Positions 18,776-28,439 are shown, numbered from the stretch's first letter. The stretch is DNA of 64,000 nt from Candidatus Saganbacteria bacterium (GCA_016223245.1 JACRPL010000016.1:1128-65127); one strand, 5' to 3'. The notes: generated by a model from the sequence alone, not told the origin. Numbers and translations are program-made.

Positions 18776-18883
18776 ATGAACCAATATTTAAGCTTGGTGC
18801 CGATGGTGATATTTTTAGTTGTAGTTTTGATCTTTGTGGCTATTGTTGCGTTTAGCGGCAAGCCGCCGAAGGGGATACTATAG
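18776..18883 (+). CDS. Small hydrophobic peptide (35 aa) ending ...FSGKPPKGIL
   Basis: It follows an RBS (ggagga) and is a paralog of the 947 peptide. Confidence 0.35.
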   Translation: MNQYLSLVPMVIFLVVVLIFVAIVAFSGKPPKGIL

Positions 18884-18927
18884 GGGCTATCGGCGCAAGC
18901 AGGAGATCAGGCAAAAAATCTGATAAA

Positions 18928-19269
18928 GTGAAGGCAGGGCATAATATGGCAAAAGAATATGAATTAGTTGTAAATAATTTTTTGGATAGGATAAGCGCCT
19001 TAAGGCCAAGCATCAGCAGCATGTATCTTTTCGGTTCGCATGCAAGAGGGACCGCTCGACCGGATTCTGATTATGATATTCTCATTGTTGCGCCTAAAAA
19101 AAATAAGGAATTAAAAAGCAAGCTGTATGACGCTGTAATGGATATTGAGTTGGAAAAGGGCGCGGACATTTCGTTGAAAGTGTTAAAACAGGACCAATTT
19201 GACAGGCTTCGGGAATTTAACACGCCATTCATTAAAAATGTTTTAAAAGAAGGGATTAAAATTGCATAA
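18928..19269 (+). CDS. Nucleotidyltransferase-domain protein (solitary MNT)
   Basis: It has the LFGSHARGTARPDSDYDILIVAP motif. Confidence 0.55.
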   Translation: MKAGHNMAKEYELVVNNFLDRISALRPSISSMYLFGSHARGTARPDSDYDILIVAPKKNKELKSKLYDAVMDIELEKGADISLKVLKQDQFDRLREFNTPFIKNVLKEGIKIA

Positions 19270-19374
19270 CAGCGCGTTAATAAAAGAATTTATTTCGGAA
19301 ACTAAGAAGATTTTAAAGATCTAGAAAGAAGTTCCTGTTGACTGTTGTTGATTGATAATTAGGAGGAAATAATC

Positions 19375-21225
19375 ATGAAAAAATTAATATTGTTCCTGGC
19401 CCTGTGCTCTGCTTTCTGCTTTCTGCTGTCTGCTGTCTTATTTGCCGATGTGCCGAGGACAATAAATATCCAGGGGCGATTGACGCAAAAAGATGGCGCG
19501 CCGATAAAAGACGGCCACTATGATTTCACGTTTTTCTTGGTAGATGAAAATAACAACTTCATGTCAACGATACTTAACGGTATAAACCCGATAGTAAATA
19601 ATACAAACAAGCAAACTCTTACTATAGATAAAAATGGGATATTCAATGCAATCCTTGAATTTGATCCAACATTTAGTTTTGATCCCGCTGTTTATCAGAT
19701 CAAAAAAATTGTTTTGGTTTCCAATGTCATAATTGACCCAGGTCAGCCCAAGGGGGTTGGCTTTGCGCAAGATATTACAGCTGTCCCTTATGCGATAAAT
19801 GCTGCAAATGCCGATAAGATCGGCGGAAAAACTTTTGATGAAGCGCTAAAAGCAAGTGGTGTTTCCGTAGGCGGTGGAGGCGTTGTTAACGAAAAATTTG
19901 ATCATTTGTATGTTGGCGATCAAAACAAAAATCATATAACTATGGTACCGCAAGGCAATAGTCTGGCTATATATGCTAAAGGAAATTATGTTGGCATTAA
20001 TGCTGTTGGTTATAGTTTTGGCGGAACATTTGAAGCTGATCCTGTTAAAGGAGTAGGGGTTTCTGGAGCTGGTGGAATTGGCGTGCAGGGCATTGGCGCA
20101 ACATATGCTGGTGGTATTTTTTATGGGCCAAATATAGGCGTTTTCGGTGCGTTATCTAGCGGACCACAAAATGGAAATAATTATGGCGTCTTAGGTGTAA
20201 CGTCTATTGCTGCTGGGAAGTATCTTCCTGGCACCATTAATTCTTATGGGGTTGCAGGAGTATCAGATACGGGAACTGGCGTTTTCGGAAAGAGCGATCA
20301 ATGGATAGCGATAGATGCAAAAACTAACTCGACAAAAGTTGAAGTGGCGGCTGTACATGGAGAAGCATCCAATTTTAAAGTGTTTGGCGAACTTGGGGTA
20401 TCCCGTTATTTCGCAGGCGTTAATCCGCCCATGGGCGTATTTGGAACATCAACGGATATTGGCGTTTATGGTTCCGTCGGAGATTCCACCAAAGTGACGA
20501 CATTGTCAACAAAAAACATCCCATCAATTGGTGTAGCTGGCTGGTCGCCAGATGGGAGAGGCGTGAGCGGGGGCAGCAGTAGCGGGACGGGGGTGTTTGG
20601 GGTCTCACAAGATGGTCTAGGCGGCAAATTTGAAAGCAAAAGCAGTGATGGTATTCATGCTTCGGGTATTTATGGAGTGTATGGCCTAAGTACTTCAAAA
20701 GATGGGATAGGAATATATGGCGCAAATGTTAATGGTATTGGAGTTAGAGGATGGAGCAGTACATCTATTGGAGGAAAATTTGAAAGTGTGAATGATGCAG
20801 GAATTTCAGGATATAGCATGAAAAGCAATGGCGTCCATGGGATTAGCGATCAATCATACGGTGTCTATGGAATTAGCAAAAGCGATTTAACCGCCGGAGT
20901 GCGCGCGCAAAACCAAAATGGCGGCCCCGCATTGTTTGTTGACGGCCCAATTCAAATGCCTGCAGGCAACGCCTCTGTAACTAGCGGCTCGCCCACAGCG
21001 ACAATAAATAAGGCTGTTGGCAGGGTAAATATTTCCGGGACATCCCAGTTTGATGTAACGGTAAATAATTCTTATGTGCATAAGGATTCTATTATATTAT
21101 TGACTATAATAAATTCTAATTCTAATTATGATCAGGCTGTGACGATCAAAAATCAAGTTAACGGGGCATTTACTGTCGGGTTCCGCTCAATAACTCAAGG
21201 GTTCAATTTTCTTGTTATAAATTAA
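19375..21225 (+). CDS. Glycine-rich fibre-like surface protein (subfamily B paralog of 3621)
   Basis: Its signal peptide is encoded by (CTGCTKT)n heptamers. It has VPRTINIQGRL and VPYAINAANADKIGG, and shares 'ELGxxRYFAGVxPPMGVFGTSTDIGxYGSVG' and the C-terminal FNFLVIN with the 3621 gene. Confidence 0.6.
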   Translation: MKKLILFLALCSAFCFLLSAVLFADVPRTINIQGRLTQKDGAPIKDGHYDFTFFLVDENNNFMSTILNGINPIVNNTNKQTLTIDKNGIFNAILEFDPTFSFDPAVYQIKKIVLVSNVIIDPGQPKGVGFAQDITAVPYAINAANADKIGGKTFDEALKASGVSVGGGGVVNEKFDHLYVGDQNKNHITMVPQGNSLAIYAKGNYVGINAVGYSFGGTFEADPVKGVGVSGAGGIGVQGIGATYAGGIFYGPNIGVFGALSSGPQNGNNYGVLGVTSIAAGKYLPGTINSYGVAGVSDTGTGVFGKSDQWIAIDAKTNSTKVEVAAVHGEASNFKVFGELGVSRYFAGVNPPMGVFGTSTDIGVYGSVGDSTKVTTLSTKNIPSIGVAGWSPDGRGVSGGSSSGTGVFGVSQDGLGGKFESKSSDGIHASGIYGVYGLSTSKDGIGIYGANVNGIGVRGWSSTSIGGKFESVNDAGISGYSMKSNGVHGISDQSYGVYGISKSDLTAGVRAQNQNGGPALFVDGPIQMPAGNASVTSGSPTATINKAVGRVNISGTSQFDVTVNNSYVHKDSIILLTIINSNSNYDQAVTIKNQVNGAFTVGFRSITQGFNFLVIN

Positions 21226-21231
21226 TCTATA

Positions 21232-21639
21232 ATGAATAACACGTATATTAATAAGGAATTGCTTGCAATACTGGATAAATATAGCCCCATGCTAGTATAT
21301 TATTTTGGGTCGGCGTCAAGGGACAAGATGGGGCCCATGAGCGACATTGACCTGGCGGTTTTATGGCCTGAAAATGAAAATACCCCAATGGTAAAAAGCT
21401 TGATCCTGCAAAACGAGATCCAAAGCCGGCTAAATAATAAAAAATACGAAATTGGCTGCCTGAATAACCAATCTTTGAGCTTTTGCTATTCGGTAATATC
21501 AACAGGCAGATGCATATATGGTTCGGATCCGAACAGGGTCGCTTATGAAACAAAGATATTGGACGAATATCTTGATTTCGGATATTTGTCCGATATTTAT
21601 AACAAAGAATTCGACAAAAGGATACTTAAAAATGGATAA
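21232..21639 (+). CDS. Nucleotidyltransferase (MntA-like antitoxin)
   Basis: It has the YYFGSASRDKMGPMSDIDLAVLWP motif. Confidence 0.55.
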   Translation: MNNTYINKELLAILDKYSPMLVYYFGSASRDKMGPMSDIDLAVLWPENENTPMVKSLILQNEIQSRLNNKKYEIGCLNNQSLSFCYSVISTGRCIYGSDPNRVAYETKILDEYLDFGYLSDIYNKEFDKRILKNG

Positions 21640-21641
21640 TC

Positions 21642-22049
21642 ATGGTCAATATTGAAGAAATACACCATAGGCTCTCGGAAATAAAGGAAGCGCTCGATTA
21701 TCTTGAAAGCTCGCATGAACAAATGCGGTCGAGCAGGGATAAGTTTTTACTTGGAAGATATTTCTTGCAGGTAATGCTTGAGGCTGTATTCACGATAGGC
21801 AACCAAATAATATCCGATGCCGGGCTCAGAAAACCTTCAAATTATAAGGATATCCTGCTGATATTAAAAGAAAATGGCATAATAAGCGCAAATGAACACG
21901 AAACAATGATAAAATTTGCGGACCTAAGGAACCGGCTTGTGCATACTTACTGGAAAATTTCTTCAGAAGAACTTTTGGAAATAAGCTCTGATCTTATGAT
22001 ATTCCATAATTTTTCAGGAATTATAGTGAGATATATTTCAAAAAAATAA
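21642..22049 (+). CDS. HepT/DUF86-like HEPN toxin
   Basis: It has RNRLVHTYWKI, matching the R-X4-6-H-xY HEPN motif, and lies immediately downstream of the MNT gene. Confidence 0.5.
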   Translation: MVNIEEIHHRLSEIKEALDYLESSHEQMRSSRDKFLLGRYFLQVMLEAVFTIGNQIISDAGLRKPSNYKDILLILKENGIISANEHETMIKFADLRNRLVHTYWKISSEELLEISSDLMIFHNFSGIIVRYISKK

Positions 22050-22052
22050 CAA

Positions 22053-23732
22053 ATGGAAAGCTCAGGCGCAAAAGCGCTCCTCGAATCCCTAAAGCACGAA
22101 GGCGTGGATATCATATTTGGATATCCAGGCGGCACTGTCCTGCCTATCTACGACGCGCTCTACACTTTCAAAGATATTAAACATATCCTCGTTCGCCATG
22201 AGCAGGGGGCGGCGCATGAAGCTGATGGATATGCCCGCGCAACAGGCAAAGTTGGCGTGTGCCTTGCGACATCAGGACCAGGCGCTACAAATTTGGTTAC
22301 GGGAATTGCAACAGCAAACATGGATTCGGTTCCTATGGTTGCCATTACAGGCCAGGTTGCAACAAATTTAATAGGAAAAGATTCTTTCCAGGAAGCGGAT
22401 ATTACCGGCATCACAATGCCGGTCTCAAAGCATAGTTTTCTTGTAAAAAACGCGGATGACCTGCCAAGGATCGTAAAAGAAGCTTTTTATATAGCAAAGT
22501 CGGGAAGGCCGGGGCCGGTGATCATCGATATCCCAAAGGATATACAACTTAAGAAGATAAAATTTAATTATCCGGATAAAGTTGATATTCCAAGCTACAA
22601 GCCGAACATGGCCGGCCACCCGAAACAGATAAAAGAAGCCATCGCGCATATCGTGGCATCAAAAAAACCTGTCATTTATGCCGGAGGCGGGGTTATCTTG
22701 TCTAATGCCGCGCATGAATTGAAAGAGTTCGCAGAAAAATACAATATTCCTGTCACAACTACACTTTTGGGCAAAGGGGCTTTTCCCGAAACCCACGAGC
22801 TTTCCTTGGGGATGCTCGGGATGCACGGGACAGCATTTGCTAATTACGCCGTGACGGACTGCGATTTGCTAATTGCGATAGGTGCCCGTTTTGATGATCG
22901 AGTGACTGGGCATATTGAACATTTCGCGCCGAACGCAAAAATCATCCATATCGATATCGACCCTGCTGAAATAGGAAAGAATGTAAAGATCGATGTCCCG
23001 ATAGTCGGCGACGTTAAAAATGTGCTTAAAGCGATACTAGGAAAAGCCTCTCCAAAAGGAGCATGCGAAGAGTGGATGAGCCAAATTGCCGATTGGAAGG
23101 CCAAGTACCCGCTTTCTTATAAGCAAGTTGGCGGCAGTATTAAACCGCAATATATTATCGAACAGATATACGAATTGACAAAAGATAAAGATACAATAAT
23201 CTGCACAGAGGTTGGCCAGAATCAGATGTGGGCGGCAATGTTCTATAAATACACAAGGCCCAGGTCTTTCATAAGTTCCGGGGGACTGGGTACTATGGGA
23301 TTTGGACTTCCTGCGGCGGTTGGGGCGCAATTCGGGCGGCCGGACGCGATCGTCTGCGATATCGCGGGGGACGGTTCGATCCAAATGAATATCCAAGAGT
23401 TAACTACCGCGGTAAATAATAGATTGCCGATAAAAATTTTTGTTTTGGACAATTCTTTTTTAGGGATGGTCAGGCAATGGCAGGAAATTATCCACGGGAA
23501 AAGATATTGCGCGACAAACCTTTGCGCGAATCCCGATCTTGTGAAAATAGCTGAAGCGTATGGCGCCAAAGCTTTTCGCGTTGAGCAACCGGAAGAAGTA
23601 AAAGAGGCGATCAAGCGCGCGTTAGAGATAAAAGACGGGCCGGTCCTGGTTGACTTTGTTGTGGCAAAAGAGGAAAATGTTTTTCCTTTTGTCCAGCCGG
23701 GGCAAGCGATCAATCAGATGCTGATTGATTAA
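22053..23732 (+). CDS. ilvB: Acetolactate synthase large subunit
   Basis: It has ThDP-enzyme motifs (GYPGG...; GDGSIQMNIQEL) and is about 560 aa. Confidence 0.85.
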   Translation: MESSGAKALLESLKHEGVDIIFGYPGGTVLPIYDALYTFKDIKHILVRHEQGAAHEADGYARATGKVGVCLATSGPGATNLVTGIATANMDSVPMVAITGQVATNLIGKDSFQEADITGITMPVSKHSFLVKNADDLPRIVKEAFYIAKSGRPGPVIIDIPKDIQLKKIKFNYPDKVDIPSYKPNMAGHPKQIKEAIAHIVASKKPVIYAGGGVILSNAAHELKEFAEKYNIPVTTTLLGKGAFPETHELSLGMLGMHGTAFANYAVTDCDLLIAIGARFDDRVTGHIEHFAPNAKIIHIDIDPAEIGKNVKIDVPIVGDVKNVLKAILGKASPKGACEEWMSQIADWKAKYPLSYKQVGGSIKPQYIIEQIYELTKDKDTIICTEVGQNQMWAAMFYKYTRPRSFISSGGLGTMGFGLPAAVGAQFGRPDAIVCDIAGDGSIQMNIQELTTAVNNRLPIKIFVLDNSFLGMVRQWQEIIHGKRYCATNLCANPDLVKIAEAYGAKAFRVEQPEEVKEAIKRALEIKDGPVLVDFVVAKEENVFPFVQPGQAINQMLID

Positions 23733-23796
23733 TGACAAATTACAAATGCCATGCCTACCGGCAGGCAGGTCAAATGACAAATGATGGAGTTGTTTT

Positions 23797-24288
23797 ATGA
23801 AACACACTATTTCTGTAATTGTTGAAAATAAACCCGGGGTGCTCTCGAGAGTATCGGGTCTTTTCGCGCGAAGAGGTTTTAATATCGAATCTCTTGCGGT
23901 GGGAGTGACCGAAGATCCGCAGGTTTCCCGTATGACAATTGTTGCCGAAGGCGACGAAGCGGACCTCGAGCAGATAATTAAACAGCTCTACAAACTTATT
24001 GATACGGTAAGGGTTTTTGACCTGCCGGCAGATAGATCTGTCGAGCGGGAATTGGCATTGATAAAAGTTTCCGCTAACGACAAGACAAGATCGGAGATAA
24101 CCCAGATCGCAGACGTGTTTCGCGCAAGGATTGTCGATGTTTCGGACAATTCGATCATTATCGAGATCTCGGACGAACACTCGAATGTTGAAAGCATCGA
24201 AACAATGCTGCAAAAGTTTGGCATTAAGGAAATGGTAAGGACGGGAACGATCGGATTGCTGCGCGACTTGACACAAAATACAGTCTAG
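23797..24288 (+). CDS. ilvN: Acetolactate synthase small (regulatory) subunit
   Basis: It begins with an ACT domain (HTISVIVENKPGVLSRVSGLFARRGFNIESL). Confidence 0.85.
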   Translation: MKHTISVIVENKPGVLSRVSGLFARRGFNIESLAVGVTEDPQVSRMTIVAEGDEADLEQIIKQLYKLIDTVRVFDLPADRSVERELALIKVSANDKTRSEITQIADVFRARIVDVSDNSIIIEISDEHSNVESIETMLQKFGIKEMVRTGTIGLLRDLTQNTV

Positions 24289-24318
24289 AGTAAGCTACAT
24301 ACACTATGTGTTAGTTGA

Positions 24319-25323
24319 TTGCAGTATTGGCATATGGAAGGTGGAATGATGTATTTCAACCCGCAAGTAAAAGAAAAAAAAGAAGATTTTTATAATTATC
24401 AAATATTGCAGGAAGAGCTCAAAAAAGCTGTTTTAGATAAGTTGATCCCACTGATAGCAGTCTATGGGTTGAGGCGAACAGGGAAAACCAGCTTGATCCA
24501 TGTGGTTCTTAATTCGCTGAAAAAGAAATATGTGTGGCTAGATGGGCGGGATATAGAATCCAGAGAAGATTTTCAGGTAAAAATTGCGAATGAAGTTAGG
24601 AAAATGAAGCGATTCAGCATAAAAACCATTTCCATTAAAGGTTTGCAGGTGGATATCGGGCTATTCAAAGAAGGGCTGAATTATTTAAATCAACGCAAAA
24701 CGATCTTGGTAATAGATGAAGCCCAGTTATTAAAAAGAGCCCATTTAGATAAAATTGTCGCCTATATTTACGATAATTATCCGGATATTAAGATCATTCT
24801 ATCGGGATCCGAGATCGGCATGTTGATGGCTTTTCTTGGGAAAGAAGATGCGCAGGCGCCGCTTTTCGGCAGGGCTGTTTTTGATATCCATACCCATAGG
24901 TTGGAAAAGGAGAATTCATTAGGCTTTTTAAGTATTGGCGCAAAACAAGCTAAATTAAATTTCAAAGAAAATGAAATCATGGAAACGATCGCCAATCTGG
25001 ATGGAATAATCGGATGGCTTACAAAGTACGGCTGGTATCGGTTGAATTTTTCGCACAAAGAGGCCTTGCGCAAGACGATCCAAGACGGCAAGTATATCGC
25101 TAAAGAGGAATTCGGCAGGTTTTCGATCCGGTCGGAAAAGAAATATAATTCAATTTTAAGAACATTAAAAGGCGGGGCTGGATGGGAAGAGATAAAAAAG
25201 AAAACAAGGATTTCCGATAAACAACTCTCATCGATGTTAAAAAGAATGACAAGCTATGGTTTTATCGAAAAGCATGACCGGATATATACCATTGCGGACC
25301 CTCTTCTCGAGGCCGCTTTTTAA
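24319..25323 (+). CDS. ATPase of the archaeal-ATPase/AAA family (PF01637-like) inserted between ilvN and ilvC
   Basis: It has a Walker A motif (GLRRTGKTSL) and a Walker B motif (VIDEAQLL). Confidence 0.5.
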   Translation: MQYWHMEGGMMYFNPQVKEKKEDFYNYQILQEELKKAVLDKLIPLIAVYGLRRTGKTSLIHVVLNSLKKKYVWLDGRDIESREDFQVKIANEVRKMKRFSIKTISIKGLQVDIGLFKEGLNYLNQRKTILVIDEAQLLKRAHLDKIVAYIYDNYPDIKIILSGSEIGMLMAFLGKEDAQAPLFGRAVFDIHTHRLEKENSLGFLSIGAKQAKLNFKENEIMETIANLDGIIGWLTKYGWYRLNFSHKEALRKTIQDGKYIAKEEFGRFSIRSEKKYNSILRTLKGGAGWEEIKKKTRISDKQLSSMLKRMTSYGFIEKHDRIYTIADPLLEAAF

Positions 25324-25382
25324 GATTTAGAAAGATGTAAGGACGGGAACGATCGAATTATTAAGAGGAGGAGTGGAGTAAA

Positions 25383-26381
25383 ATGGCAAAAGTATACTAC
25401 GAAAAAGACGCGGATCTCAATGTTTTGAAGGGTAAAAAGATAGCGATAATCGGTTTTGGGTCGCAAGGAGCCGCGCAATCGCAAAATCTTAAAGACAGCG
25501 GACTCGATGTAGTTATAGGACTAAGAGAAGGTTCGGCTCATTGGGAAAAAGTTAAAGAAGCAGGATTAACCCCAATGACTATCGAAGAAGCCGCAAAAGC
25601 GGCCGATATCGTCCAAATTTTAACCCCTGACGAAACTCAAGCCGATGTGTATAAGCAGTCGATCAAAAAATATATGAAAAAAGGCAAAACTCTGGCTTTC
25701 TCGCATGGTTTCAATATCCATTTCAAATTAATTAAACCATCAAAAGATATCAATGTCATCATGATCGCGCCAAAAGGCCCCGGCCCAATGGTCCGCCAGA
25801 TGTATGTCCAGGGTGGAGGCGTTCCATCTCTCATCGCGATCCATCAAGATGCGACTGGCGATGCCAAACAAATAGCTTTAGCTCATGCCAAAGGGCTTGG
25901 AGGGGCTAGAGCCGGAGTTTTTGAAACAACTTTTAAAGAAGAAACAGAGACCGATCTTTTTGGCGAACAAACTGTCCTTTGCGGCGGCACAAGCTCGCTT
26001 ATTATGGCAGGGTTTGAAACTCTGGTTGAAGCGGGATATCAGCCCGAGATGGCATATTTCGAATGCTGCCATGAGCTAAAACTCATAGTCGATCTGATCT
26101 ATAAAGAGGGCATTGCAGGTATGCGCAAAGCGATCAGCAACACGGCTGAATACGGAGACCTGACCGTTGGCCCAAGGACAATCGACGCACGCGTCAAGAA
26201 AAATATGGCAAAAGCGTTAAAGAGGATCCAAACCGGAGCCTTTGCAAGAGAATGGATAAAAGAGAATAAAAATGGCTGCACCAATTTTAATGCCATGCGC
26301 GAAAAAGATAAAAACCATCAGATAGAAAAAGTCGGCACCAATCTTCGAGCTATGATGCCGTGGCTTAAGAAGTCCAATTAA
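25383..26381 (+). CDS. ilvC: Ketol-acid reductoisomerase
   Basis: It begins [22 protein letters not shown] (a Rossmann motif) and has the KARI C-terminal domain. Confidence 0.9.
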   Translation: MAKVYYEKDADLNVLKGKKIAIIGFGSQGAAQSQNLKDSGLDVVIGLREGSAHWEKVKEAGLTPMTIEEAAKAADIVQILTPDETQADVYKQSIKKYMKKGKTLAFSHGFNIHFKLIKPSKDINVIMIAPKGPGPMVRQMYVQGGGVPSLIAIHQDATGDAKQIALAHAKGLGGARAGVFETTFKEETETDLFGEQTVLCGGTSSLIMAGFETLVEAGYQPEMAYFECCHELKLIVDLIYKEGIAGMRKAISNTAEYGDLTVGPRTIDARVKKNMAKALKRIQTGAFAREWIKENKNGCTNFNAMREKDKNHQIEKVGTNLRAMMPWLKKSN

Positions 26382-26393
26382 ATATAATGAAAT

Positions 26394-27620
26394 ATGGCAA
26401 TAATTGTTCATAAATACGGCGGGACATCCGTTGGGACTCCCGAAAAAATAAACAACGCCGCAAGGCGTGTCAAAAGATTGCATGACGACGGGAATCAGAT
26501 CGTCGTTGTCGTGTCGGCAATGGGCCATACGACGGATGAATTGATTGGCCTAATGGATAAAGTAACCTCAAACCCCAATCCTCGCGAATACGACATGCTT
26601 GTATCGACCGGGGAGCAGGTTTCGGCGGCACTTTTGGCCATGGCTCTTCAAGAATTGGGCTGTCCCGCTGTTTCATTGACCGGAGGCCAAGCAGGGGTTG
26701 AAACAGAGGACATTTATAAGAGAGCCCGCATAAAGGACATTAAGCTTAATCGCATCAAATCCGAACTAAAAGATGACAAAGTTGTCGTTGTAACCGGATT
26801 CCAAGGGATCGATAGTAAAGGCGATATCATAACGATCGGCCGCGGTGGATCGGATACCTCGGCGGTCGCAATTGCGGCGGCGCTTAAAGCGGATGTTTGT
26901 GATATCTATACGGATGTCGACGGCGTATATACGACTGATCCCAGGATCGAGCCCAATGCCCGAAAATTAAAAACAATTTCATATGAAGAAATGCTCGAGC
27001 TTGCTTCCCTTGGGGCGCAGGTCTTGCATCCTCGTTCTGTTGAATTGGCAAGCATCTATGGGATAGTTATTCATCTTAGATCCAGTATCAGTGAAATAGA
27101 AGGAACATATATCAAGGAGGCATCTGAAATGGAAAAGAAAGAAGCGGTGAGGGGGATAGCATTGGACGAGAATGTCGCAAAGATCGGCATCTTAAAAGTG
27201 CCGGACAAGCCCGGGACCGCCGCAAAACTCTTTTCCGCATTGGCCGACGATAAGGTAAATGTTGATATGATAGTCCAAAGTATCCATTCGGGCGGCGCTT
27301 TTGCCGATATGGCATTTACTGTTGAACGCCCCGATGTGAAAAAAGCCGTCGATGTCACACAAAAAATATCAAATACTCTTGGAGCCGAAAAAGTCGTTTC
27401 AGATCCGGGTGTTTGCAAGGTATCGCTTGTTGGCGTTGGGATGGTATCCCAGCCGGGCACCGCGTCACAAATGTTCAAAACGCTTTCCGACGAAAAAATA
27501 AATATTCAGATGATAACCACATCTGAAATAAAGATCTCATGTGTTGTGAAGCTTGAAGACGGCAAACGAGCAGTCAGAGCGCTGCATAAAGCTTTCAGAT
27601 TGGATAAAATTGTTCAGTAA
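26394..27620 (+). CDS. lysC: Aspartate kinase
   Basis: It begins VHKYGGTSVG and has two C-terminal ACT domains. Confidence 0.85.
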   Translation: MAIIVHKYGGTSVGTPEKINNAARRVKRLHDDGNQIVVVVSAMGHTTDELIGLMDKVTSNPNPREYDMLVSTGEQVSAALLAMALQELGCPAVSLTGGQAGVETEDIYKRARIKDIKLNRIKSELKDDKVVVVTGFQGIDSKGDIITIGRGGSDTSAVAIAAALKADVCDIYTDVDGVYTTDPRIEPNARKLKTISYEEMLELASLGAQVLHPRSVELASIYGIVIHLRSSISEIEGTYIKEASEMEKKEAVRGIALDENVAKIGILKVPDKPGTAAKLFSALADDKVNVDMIVQSIHSGGAFADMAFTVERPDVKKAVDVTQKISNTLGAEKVVSDPGVCKVSLVGVGMVSQPGTASQMFKTLSDEKINIQMITTSEIKISCVVKLEDGKRAVRALHKAFRLDKIVQ

Positions 27621-28212
27621 TCTTTTTTTTGCAATAGTAGTCTCGTATCTTATTGGTTCGATCCCCTTTAGTTTGATCTTTGCGAAATTATTTACGGATA
27701 CAGATGTTAGGCAAAAGGGCTCGGGCAACGTCGGCGCTACAAATGTCCTTGTCACGACCGGAAAAAAAAGAGCCGCGATCCTATCGGTGTTTTTTGATAT
27801 TCTAAAAGGATTTGTCGCTGTCGCAATTTCTAAGATATTATTTGGAGCCGATATTTATGCCTATACTGCCGGATTGTTTTCGATAATAGGACATGATTTT
27901 CCTGTTTTTCTTGGATTCAAAGGCGGGAAGGGCGTTGCGGCCACGACAGGGGTCTTGATCGCTCTTAATCCAATAGCAATTTGGTTTTGTCTGCTGATCT
28001 ATATTGTTTCGATCTCAATATCCCGCTATCTAATATTATCGAGCATAATTACGATCGGATTTATTCCCTTTATCTTGTGGTTTTTAGGTGAAGGGTTATT
28101 TGGCATAATATTTGGTATTTTGGCGTTTCTTTTAGCTTTATTCGTCCATCGTAATGATATAATAAGACTCCTTTCGGGCAAGGAAGCAAAATTTGATCGG
28201 GGCGTAGCTTAG
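27610..28212 (+). CDS. plsY: Glycerol-3-phosphate acyltransferase PlsY (probable TTG start; the track ORF begins at 27553)
   Basis: It contains LIGSIPFSLIF, GSGNVGATNV and the HDFPVFLGFKGGKGVA motifs. Confidence 0.75.
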   Translation: MFSNLFFAIVVSYLIGSIPFSLIFAKLFTDTDVRQKGSGNVGATNVLVTTGKKRAAILSVFFDILKGFVAVAISKILFGADIYAYTAGLFSIIGHDFPVFLGFKGGKGVAATTGVLIALNPIAIWFCLLIYIVSISISRYLILSSIITIGFIPFILWFLGEGLFGIIFGILAFLLALFVHRNDIIRLLSGKEAKFDRGVA

Positions 28213-28271
28213 CTTGGTGGAGCACTCGCTTGGGGTGCGAGAGGTCGGCCGTTCAAATCGGCTCGCCCCGA
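28198..28271 (+). tRNA. tRNA-Pro (anticodon GGG)
   Basis: The acceptor stem is cggggcg/cgccccg and the anticodon loop is ttGGGgt on a ctcgc/gcgag stem. Confidence 0.65.
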
Positions 28272-28285
28272 TTCTAATCTTTTTT

Positions 28286-28362
28286 CGGAGCGTGGCTCAG
28301 CTTGGTAGAGCGCCTGGTTCGGGACCAGGAGGTCGTGGGTTCGAATCCCGCCGCTCCGACCA
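28286..28362 (+). tRNA. tRNA-Pro (anticodon CGG), encoded CCA included
   Basis: The acceptor stem is cggagcg/cgctccg, the anticodon loop is ttCGGga on a cctgg/ccagg stem, and the T-loop is ttcgaat. Confidence 0.7.
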
Positions 28363-28439
28363 GACTGTACTCTGTGCGGTTTCGGCGGACGATGGGGAAA
28401 GGCCAGCAAAACAGCCCTGCGCGATTTTTCCCCTGTGTT

